Source of the DNA: an uncultured virus (IMG/VR IMGVR_UViG_3300031722_000014)
Lineage: Duplodnaviria > Heunggongvirae > Uroviricota > Caudoviricetes
IMG/VR virus record: IMGVR_UViG_3300031722_000014
Length of the DNA: 64,000 nt
Direction: 5' to 3' (one strand)
Shown here: positions 1 to 7,753 of the stretch, one piece after another
Layout: each line of letters starts with the position of its first letter
How positions within the stretch are numbered: the first letter of the stretch is position 1
The notes under the pieces: model-generated
The model's input: only the letters and a program-made list of their open reading frames with translations
Databases searched by the model: none
Told to the model about the DNA's origin: nothing
Made by a program: the position numbers and the translations under genes

Positions 1-1
1 T

Positions 2-196
2 GTTAAGGCTTACGCCGAGATAGACAGAAATGTTGACATTATTAAGTCCATTCTTGGAATTCCCGTTGGGAAGAAAATAGAGGAAGACAAATTAATGAAA
101 CACCTGACCTCGATTTTGAACATGTGTTCGCCTACAAAACGTGCTAAAATCCTTGAAAGAAAGCCGTATGTGGAAAAAGGTTATCCAGTGATTTGA
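2..196 (+). CDS. 3' end of a hypothetical protein (truncated by window start)
   Basis: Frame 2 is open from position 2 (VKAYAEIDRN...KPYVEKGYPVI) to TGA at 194-196, just before the next ATG at 199. Confidence 0.6.
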   Translation, partial: VKAYAEIDRNVDIIKSILGIPVGKKIEEDKLMKHLTSILNMCSPTKRAKILERKPYVEKGYPVI

Positions 197-198
197 TT

Positions 199-618
199 AT
201 GAAACGATTCATTATACCAATAATGATATTTGTTTTAGGATTTGCATATGGAATGCAGATATCTCAAACCACTAAAACAATGAGTGAGACAGATTGGAAT
301 GCAATAACAGAGGTGAAAGAAATTTCACTGAAGCCAATTGTTGGAGTCATAAAAGAAGATGCAAATTTTCTTAATGATAAGATAACCGAACTTTCTCCTA
401 ATGCAAACAATTTTGCATATCAAGGTCCGATGTTACAAGAAGTTGTGATAACGAACATTGACAATACAAAAACAACAGCGACGCATTTCGCAAAAATAAA
501 TGCAGGAGTACCCAGAACTTTCTTTAGATGGATCGAAATGAAACCAATACCTACGCGTCAAGTGTACTTAACGGTACGTCAAATCGTCTATCCGAAATTT
601 GAAGTAAACCCAATTTAA
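199..618 (+). CDS. Hypothetical protein with N-terminal signal peptide or membrane anchor
   Basis: ORF track 193..618; ATG at 199 gives MKRFIIPIMIFVLGFAYG (basic residues then a hydrophobic stretch). Confidence 0.7.
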   Translation: MKRFIIPIMIFVLGFAYGMQISQTTKTMSETDWNAITEVKEISLKPIVGVIKEDANFLNDKITELSPNANNFAYQGPMLQEVVITNIDNTKTTATHFAKINAGVPRTFFRWIEMKPIPTRQVYLTVRQIVYPKFEVNPI

Positions 619-629
619 CAAAAGACATT

Positions 630-1052
630 ATGCATAACAAATTAAGCAAAGCAATTGCAATATCAGCAAAAGTTAAGAGTCTAATAAAGGCTAAAGTGCA
701 AATAGCGGAGATAATAAATGTAACATTGGTCAAAGACCCATACATAACTCTGAGTCTAAAGAAAAGCACACAGGAAATCGAATTTGAAATTCTAATGTTA
801 AGGGATATTATTTCACGTATTGTGAAAGGACTACCCGGATATGATCAAACAAGGCATTTGCCTATTGATTATTTCTCGGAATCGGATTTAAAGGCTGGAT
901 ATGTAGATCTCGCTATGGCTGACATAGACACAGATTACTTAGACCTGTCGTCTGGAGATATTGTATCTGCAGATAACGTTCCTCTCGAAATAAGAAATCT
1001 TGCAGAAATCTTTATAAGTGAGGAAATTGGTGTCGGGCATGTGCCAATTTAA
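630..1052 (+). CDS. Hypothetical protein
   Basis: 140-aa ORF, co-oriented and tightly packed with its neighbour. Confidence 0.7.
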   Translation: MHNKLSKAIAISAKVKSLIKAKVQIAEIINVTLVKDPYITLSLKKSTQEIEFEILMLRDIISRIVKGLPGYDQTRHLPIDYFSESDLKAGYVDLAMADIDTDYLDLSSGDIVSADNVPLEIRNLAEIFISEEIGVGHVPI

Positions 1053-1104
1053 ATAAACCGATAGCATGCATTTTCAGAGATTATTAAATAAAATATTAAC
1101 AATT

Positions 1105-2720
1105 AAAGTCTAAGTTAGGACTGAATACGTAAGATTGAGGCGTGCAACAGGGTGTTGTGTGCAGTAGAACGACAACGGACTAAGATAAACCTGCCTATTA
1201 GACACGATGAACTAAATAATTGGAGGGAAGACGTTCACTAACACCTCGATCCTTAAATGGAGAAACGCGAAATAGTGATTATGGGTGAGCGCCTAAAAGA
1301 AACGCTCCGTAGGGTTTAAGCTTCTGTTCGATATAGAGAAGTAGAGTTGACGGCTTGGGCTTTGGAACCCAAATGGATAACTAAGGCGAAAGCCTAAAAA
1401 CACGCGGATCCCTTGAAAGATAGAGGGGGGAACAAACGCATTAGCGTGCCTATGGAAAGCGGTAGCCTAGAAAAAGAACCGTCGAGAGATTGCCTCTGAC
1501 AACAGTCGACCACGCCCTAAGGGAATATGGGTAGAATTTACAGAATAACATTACAGATACGTAACAGATAAAAATGGAGAAAGATCAAAGTATGTAAATT
1601 CAGTAACCGCAATATTTATTGTCGCAGCAATAAAAGCAGCACTAAGTTACAAAAAATTAACTATCAATGTAATATATAAACCAGCTAGTAATGTATGGGG
1701 TGAAAGTCCGATAGTTAATTAGCAGCGATATCCATTGAGAGTTAGCGACTCTCCGAGCCAATTTGACTCGTGAAAGCAGCAACAATGCAGACCGTTATGT
1801 GTGAAATCGGTCACAAAAGAAAACACTTCGATTTACTCGGTTGGCAGAGTGCAGGGATCGTTACAAAAGGTAGTAGCTGCCAAGAACCCGGCGAGATACG
1901 GAAATATCTATGCAAAAATTAAATTGCTTTTAGGACGATTGGCCGAATTATATCGTTACACCCGGATGTGGGGCAATTCATATCATTAGATCGATATCGC
2001 CACATTAAGATCAAATTCGTATATTCATGGCAAACAACGGTCATGAAAGTCAGTGCCTGCCAGTCACGCAGAACGCTGTAGCGGCAAATTAAGTGCTAAA
2101 TACGACAGAAGATAACTGTAAATTAAAGTGGATTGGTCAAACACTCAAAAACCATATAAATTAAGGTGGTGAATTCCTGTACAACTAAACAGGATTAGTA
2201 ACTCCCCCTCTGACGGCTAGAAACCCAGTACATAGCGTTACTGGTTGTAGATTTAGTCTACGATAAAAGGCTCAGAACAGGCCCATTCCAACCGGGTACA
2301 CAAAGCCGACTGGGTAGAATTGGAGCTTTCTACCAATTTGAAAAAGTTGGTCCCCTGCTTATGAGAACATAATATGTAGTCACTAGATAGGAGAAAATGC
2401 GCTTTCAAACAATTTCAGACTATAACAGAGTTGCACAGTTTTCGAGGACTGTCACAATACGGATCTTTAGAACACCATTTTTAGACAATCAACCTCATTA
2501 CGTTGACATGAATTAATAGGAACTAATACGAGGATCGCAACAAAAAAATCATATGTTCTTTACTATTTTCTTCACTACAAGAAAATATATAGTCTACCAA
2601 ACACAGATTAGTTACATAAAATTTAATTTGATGCACATGCCAATATGCAGCATATACCATTCATTGGGCGGATAACTCCAATTAAATTTTAGAAATAGTT
2701 CAAGAAGCTGAATATTTCAA
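1105..2720 (+). ncRNA. Candidate large structured non-coding RNA (boundaries approximate)
   Basis: No credible ORF between 1053 and 3150. Many perfect helices (1534-1542/1593-1601, 1655-1665/1710-1720, 2617-2628/2680-2691), long-range pairings 1127-1140/2493-2503 and 1142-1148/2430-2436, GAAA and TGAAAG loops. Strand inferred from loop motifs and flanking genes. Confidence 0.65.
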
Positions 2721-2766
2721 ACCCGGATATCATGAAGGGGATCAAATCCCAACATGACCACAAACC

Positions 2767-2860
2767 ATATTTTAAGTCGATTTAAGAGACCTTGCGTAAC
2801 TGCGGGAACAATCTGCCAGAGAGTACCTAAAAGTGTCTTAAAACGCCTCTAAATAGCCTT
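2767..2860. repeat. Dispersed bipartite phased DNA motif, copy A
   Basis: Imperfect inverted arms TTTAAGAGAC (2781-2790) and GTGTCTTAAA (2833-2842); the reverse strand reads TAAGACACTTT with TAAAAT 66 nt downstream, as in copies at 24956 and 56081. Confidence 0.55.
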
Positions 2861-3137
2861 CACGGGCACCATTTCGAACTAATAACTGCAGTGGGCGCAA
2901 AACCCATAGATTAATCGTAAATTAGTCGTTTTTCTTTCAGAAAATCCTAACAACTCCCTAGTACAAGATTGGAAACCGGAGTAGCGTGTGAAAACGTAGG
3001 ATTAATTATTTCAAATCTTATCCGAAGAATTCTTTAAAATGTATAGTTGGATCGAGTTAAGTATGCTTAGGCAGGACATTCCAACCAAGTAGGAAAAATT
3101 CCAGTGTTTATCAAAAAATTAAATTTATTATCAAAAA

Positions 3138-3145
3138 TAAGGAGG
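3138..3145 (+). promoter_or_regulatory. Shine-Dalgarno site (TAAGGAGG) of gene 3151
   Basis: TAAGGAGG ends 5 nt before the ATG at 3151. Confidence 0.7.
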
Positions 3146-3150
3146 AAAAA

Positions 3151-3624
3151 ATGAAAATTAAAGAAGCATTAAAACTTTACGGAAGCACCCTTGGCGGTCA
3201 CCTTCACGTAATCGAAGTCGTTCCTGTAGACCGGGAAGACTCAAAAAAAGACGAAGCAGTCCGGATTAAAATCCCGGTGAATAGCTTCACGATCAAACAC
3301 ATTAAAGTTAATACTGTAGCGCATAAACAAATGTCCGGCAATATTGATGTTGTGGTGATTAACGGTGGTCAGGCAGAATTATCAGTCGGCTTGGCAGAAA
3401 AACTGGTTATGAAGGCTGAAGAGTTACCAACTGGCTACGACTTGGAAAAGAAGCGTACTTTCTTCGGAAATGCTGCAACTCCAACCGAAATCACAAAAGC
3501 ACTAAACTTGAGTGAAGTTGCCCGCATTGACGCGATTATCGCTGATTTGACCGCGCAGAAAGATGCCATTTTGGATATCGTCGCAGCAAACGACCGGTCG
3601 GTGGAAGCTTTTGACGGAGAGTAA
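3151..3624 (+). CDS. Hypothetical protein
   Basis: 157-aa ORF with a strong SD. Confidence 0.85.
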   Translation: MKIKEALKLYGSTLGGHLHVIEVVPVDREDSKKDEAVRIKIPVNSFTIKHIKVNTVAHKQMSGNIDVVVINGGQAELSVGLAEKLVMKAEELPTGYDLEKKRTFFGNAATPTEITKALNLSEVARIDAIIADLTAQKDAILDIVAANDRSVEAFDGE

Positions 3625-3647
3625 TCTCAGTCAGAAAGGAGGCCGCC

Positions 3648-4172
3648 ATGAATACGGAAGAATTAATCTTTGACGAATTCGACAAAAACCGTTTTGCTGA
3701 ATTGATTCAGATCTACTTAGAAAATAGTTCTGCATTCAAAATCAAAAACGACGGAACAGTTGTATTCAATAAGTATGGACCATTCATTGATTGGTTTGTA
3801 CGTTCGGGGAATCAAATAGACTTCCTATCATGTTCGCATATTATTATTGCAAAACTACTCGCACATAAAACTAAAGGAGAAATACCTTACGTTCAGTGGC
3901 TTTGTGGCGAAGCCATAGGCGCATTGGTATCTACTAATGACCGCAAACAAGTTGTAACTAGCTTGTATATGGCTCACCTTACAGAATCACAACCGAACTT
4001 TCAAAATACAAAATCTCGTAACAGAGAAGTTGTTGAGAACATTCGTGTAATCGAGCAGAGAGCAATGCCAAAAAATATGCAAATATTTATGGGAGGTGGA
4101 AATTTAAACACCGATTTACTTGCTTCATTCTTGAATAACCGCAACACAGTTGTTGGAGTGGTCGAAGGATGA
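3648..4172 (+). CDS. Hypothetical protein
   Basis: 174-aa ORF; AAAGGAGG at 3635-3642 before the ATG. Confidence 0.85.
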   Translation: MNTEELIFDEFDKNRFAELIQIYLENSSAFKIKNDGTVVFNKYGPFIDWFVRSGNQIDFLSCSHIIIAKLLAHKTKGEIPYVQWLCGEAIGALVSTNDRKQVVTSLYMAHLTESQPNFQNTKSRNREVVENIRVIEQRAMPKNMQIFMGGGNLNTDLLASFLNNRNTVVGVVEG

Positions 4173-4292
4173 TAAGAACACATTAAACAAATATAAGTTG
4201 GGTAACTCCGGAAAACGAATATTCTTTATGTAGGGTAACTCCGAATTACATAAGGATGCCGATTTGTTTCTTAAATTTAAATACACATACAG

Positions 4293-4325
4293 AGAGGGCT
4301 TGAAGTCAAACGCAAGCCCTCTTTT
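4293..4325 (+). terminator. Intrinsic terminator
   Basis: AGAGGGCTTG...CAAGCCCTCT 10-bp stem followed by TTT. Confidence 0.6.
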
Positions 4326-4427
4326 GATACAATAAGGGAAGTGATTCCGATATTGAACTGACGGGGTAGAAGTACCAGGCTGAATAGTTATCATAAAGTC
4401 AAACAATTAAAAATCAATTTTATAACA

Positions 4428-4856
4428 ATGAAAACAGCAAAAACACTTATTACAGAACGCGAATTATTAATTGCCAATATCAAAAAGAATTGGGATCGCA
4501 TTCGCATTGAAAACGTAGCAGACTCAGGGCCGCGTAATTACGATATCCAAGGATTGTACAAAGCAATCATTAGTGATTCAAAAAAGTTAGTAGACGTAAA
4601 AGTAGAAATACAGGCCGCAAATATGGGATTCACCGAAATGAGTCAAGTACCTGCAACATGCATTTATCCTTCAATCTACGCACTGCAACAATTAAAAGAA
4701 CAAAAAATCAAACTTAACATGATGCCAACCAAAGGTAAAAATGTTATTTTATCTCCAGTATTTGTGACAAACGAAGTACAGGAAATCGATGTAATGATTC
4801 TGGCAATTGAAAAACAACTTGAAAACTTCAACAATTCAGTTGAATTTGGAAATTAA
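4428..4856 (+). CDS. Hypothetical helical/coiled-coil protein (possibly DIP1984-like)
   Basis: 142-aa ORF with heptad-like pattern; family call tentative. Confidence 0.7.
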   Translation: MKTAKTLITERELLIANIKKNWDRIRIENVADSGPRNYDIQGLYKAIISDSKKLVDVKVEIQAANMGFTEMSQVPATCIYPSIYALQQLKEQKIKLNMMPTKGKNVILSPVFVTNEVQEIDVMILAIEKQLENFNNSVEFGN

Positions 4857-5017
4857 ACAAAAAGGAAGTAATGGAGAATATTAATCAGTGACAGAAAGAT
4901 TAGTAGGAGTGGTTCAATCCCCTCGCTTTAACAAAAAACTAGCGGTAAAGACGGTCAGCCTATGGGTCCGACAAAAATTACCAAGACTACCGCTAGTCCT
5001 CATTAAAATTAACAATT

Positions 5018-5476
5018 ATGAGACCAAAAGAAAGAATAGACGATTTTCTTGCAAAAGTAAATTGGTCTGAATTACAGAAAAAATGGAAAATTCCAGTATT
5101 AGAAATTGATACGGAGTTTATTCGCAAGTCCTGGAAGGAAAATCCAGATCAGCGAATTGGCCAATTATTAATTAACTTAGGACTAATCGAAGACTCGCTT
5201 GAAAAATGGGTTACCGAAGAAGCTACTATCTTAATTGATCAAGGCCTACCACCGGAAGAATGTTTATACTGGACGTCAATGTATGACGAAAACGAAGTAT
5301 TATTAGAAACTCCTAAAACGAGACTAGTTGCTACGTTAACACCAGAGCATATAAACAACATTATCACATTTATGTATAACTATGGAGGTAGGATCTCACC
5401 AGATATGCAGAAAGCATTTGATAATGTTTTATTAAGCAAATCACCGCCAGAAGAAGAGCTTCTAATGGCAGCATAA
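5018..5476 (+). CDS. Hypothetical protein (N-terminus resembles DUF1040/YihD-like phage proteins)
   Basis: MRPKERID...WKENPDQRIGQLLIN pattern. Confidence 0.7.
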   Translation: MRPKERIDDFLAKVNWSELQKKWKIPVLEIDTEFIRKSWKENPDQRIGQLLINLGLIEDSLEKWVTEEATILIDQGLPPEECLYWTSMYDENEVLLETPKTRLVATLTPEHINNIITFMYNYGGRISPDMQKAFDNVLLSKSPPEEELLMAA

Positions 5477-5534
5477 TACAAATCATATCAGATTTTATCA
5501 GAGCAATCAATTTAAACTTTAAAGTAAAAAGAAA

Positions 5535-6101
5535 ATGCTGATAGAACTAGATTTGGACGAGGCCAAACGCCTCAAAATAACGACAAATCAGTTTATGCTT
5601 ATTAAATTTATAGTAGAAAAAATCAATTTTAGTGCATACCAAAACACAATAAATATAGTTGATTCAGACATTTTAAATCTAATAGACAAAAATATACTAA
5701 CAAAAGAATCGGTATACAACGAAATGGACATATCGAGTCTAAAGATAACCGAGGAATTCGAGAATAAGTTCAAAACCAGGAACTTCTTTGACGAGTTCTA
5801 CGAATCATATCCAATATCGACAAGCAGACCAGATGGAATGAAAGACTATCTGAGAGGAGATGTAAGTAGATGCAGAAAAGCCTACGAAAAGATCGTGGGG
5901 AAAAGTAAAACAAAACACGAACACATTTTAGACTGTTTGAAATTCGAATTAACAACTCGAAAATCAAGTGGGTCGATGGGATATATGAAACGAATGTCTA
6001 AATGGCTACTTGCAGAAGAGTGGCTATTATATGACGAGTTTCTAAAGGACAAAAAAGTCCAACATACAGCAGAGAAAATATATGGAACAGAAATCGACTA
6101 A
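5535..6101 (+). CDS. Putative replication initiator / replisome organiser
   Basis: FDEFYESYP and GYMKRMSKWL motifs typical of phage initiator C-terminal domains; overlaps the start of the helicase gene. Confidence 0.6.
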   Translation: MLIELDLDEAKRLKITTNQFMLIKFIVEKINFSAYQNTINIVDSDILNLIDKNILTKESVYNEMDISSLKITEEFENKFKTRNFFDEFYESYPISTSRPDGMKDYLRGDVSRCRKAYEKIVGKSKTKHEHILDCLKFELTTRKSSGSMGYMKRMSKWLLAEEWLLYDEFLKDKKVQHTAEKIYGTEID

Positions 6102-7071
6102 AGTTCTGAACTATAGACATATCTCTTCTGCAACCAATGAAATTGTAAAGTACATAAAGGATAGAAGAGAGAATAAGGTCAGATCACTAAGAACGAGATG
6201 GTCTAAATTTAATCGACTAGCAATGGGAGGAATCGAGCCAAATGCAATCTACGCAGTAGCGGGCATATCAGGCTCCGGTAAATCTTCCTTTGTAAATACC
6301 CTTGAAACTGATTTAATAGATTTAAATCCACTAGAAGATGTAGTAATGCTATCATTTTCCTTTGAAATGTTAAGCTCTCGCCAAGTTGGTAGAAAGATAT
6401 CATATAAATTAAAGAAAACAACGTCAGAATTATATTCCGCCTCAGACAAAGGCCTAATAACCGAAGAAGACTTCACAGGCGTTGAAAAGGTAGCACAGCA
6501 AATAACCCAGTATCCAATATATTATGTGGACTCTGCGGGTAGTGTGCAGGAAATAGAAAACACAATCAAATTTTTCCAATCAACTATAGCTAAAAACAAA
6601 TGGCTAGTAGTAACAATAGACCATACACTATTAATACGTGGGTCTTCTGGAGAATCGGAAAGAGCGATAATAGTGGATTTAGAAAAATCATTAATAGAAG
6701 TAAAGAAAGTTGGCAAGACTTCTATAATACAAATTTCTCAAATGAATAGAGAAATAGAACGGCCCGAAAGGCTGAACAACTCGGGAATGCATTATCCTCA
6801 ACGAAGCGATTTATCGTCTAGTGATGCAGTTTTCCAAGGTAGCGACTACGTAATTGTAATACACAGGCCTGAACTACTCGGTTTGATGTCGTATGGCATT
6901 TACAATCTCCCCGTCAAGGATTGCGTATATCTACATTTTCTCAAAAACAGAGAGGGAGATTTAAGAATATTGAAATTTATCAATGACCTTAAATTTAACA
7001 ATTTGAAAGAACCGGATGAGGATTCGGAAAAAGCCCAACAATCACAACAACAACTCGAATTTAAAAAATAA
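6082..7071 (+). CDS. dnaB: DnaB-like (SF4) replicative helicase, C-terminal ATPase domain only
   Basis: Walker A GISGSGKS, FSFEM, IDH, ISQMNREIE, SDL...D, KNREG. Confidence 0.9.
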   Translation: MEQKSTKVLNYRHISSATNEIVKYIKDRRENKVRSLRTRWSKFNRLAMGGIEPNAIYAVAGISGSGKSSFVNTLETDLIDLNPLEDVVMLSFSFEMLSSRQVGRKISYKLKKTTSELYSASDKGLITEEDFTGVEKVAQQITQYPIYYVDSAGSVQEIENTIKFFQSTIAKNKWLVVTIDHTLLIRGSSGESERAIIVDLEKSLIEVKKVGKTSIIQISQMNREIERPERLNNSGMHYPQRSDLSSSDAVFQGSDYVIVIHRPELLGLMSYGIYNLPVKDCVYLHFLKNREGDLRILKFINDLKFNNLKEPDEDSEKAQQSQQQLEFKK

Positions 7072-7076
7072 AAACC

Positions 7077-7658
7077 ATGACATATAATAAATCTTTTGCG
7101 GTAACAATTCCGAAAGCAAACGTAGATCCTTATCTTATTTACAAACAAGCATTGGTCAATAAATTGATCGAAAAATATCCACAATTAACAGTTGCTGGAT
7201 TGGATGCTCCGTTTTATACCACAGGTGGTGTAGAGATTAAAGGAATCAACTATGCAAAACCGGGCCACACTATTACGTTTGGCACCTCAAAATCATTCGA
7301 CGTCAATTGGGTTAAAAACAATAACTTCCTGCAAGGTAACGTTCCTGTGCACGATCTCAAAAATGAGTGGAACACAGTAATGGACAAGCTGGAAGCATTC
7401 GCTGAAGCTCGCAAGCCAAAACAATCATACAATCCATATATCAGAACATACTCAAGTGGCTGCAGTTGTTTCAAAAGCAACATGCCAGCAAACTATGTGT
7501 ATGTAGCCGGTAATTTAGTTGAAATTTACGATAATTTCATTAAAGTTGGATACACGATTATTCCACGCTATGCAAAACCTGAAACGTTCAGTAGATACAC
7601 TAGTTATCAATTGGAAACAATTAAAACTATCGTAGTTACGATTAAATCAGCGTTCTAA
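7077..7658 (+). CDS. Hypothetical protein
   Basis: 193-aa ORF within the replication operon. Confidence 0.8.
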   Translation: MTYNKSFAVTIPKANVDPYLIYKQALVNKLIEKYPQLTVAGLDAPFYTTGGVEIKGINYAKPGHTITFGTSKSFDVNWVKNNNFLQGNVPVHDLKNEWNTVMDKLEAFAEARKPKQSYNPYIRTYSSGCSCFKSNMPANYVYVAGNLVEIYDNFIKVGYTIIPRYAKPETFSRYTSYQLETIKTIVVTIKSAF

Positions 7659-7753
7659 TAGTAATATTATGACATGAAGGTTTCAGACAATATCAAATAA
7701 TTTCAAATTTTATCAGAAAAAATATATCTTCGTGTTATTTAAACAAATAACAC

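Noticed and set aside
610..1052. Two adjacent genes both ending in CCAATTTAA (Pro-Ile-stop)
   Set aside because: A 9-bp AT-rich match with no further similarity; likely chance.
1801..1989. 62-aa ORF inside the non-coding block
   Set aside because: GTG start, no RBS, no recognisable motifs, and it overlaps several RNA helices; likely spurious.
1053..3150. Genes hidden by stop-codon reassignment (known in some crAss-like phages)
   Set aside because: The rest of the window gives very long ORFs in the standard code and uses TGA (4172) and TAG (54081) as stops; the block also contains frequent TAA. Not exhaustively tested frame by frame.
1053..3150. Group II intron or CRISPR array
   Set aside because: No domain V hairpin, no GTGCG start, no RT ORF, and no regularly spaced direct repeats. 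GGGGTGAAAGTCC at 1697 alone is insufficient.
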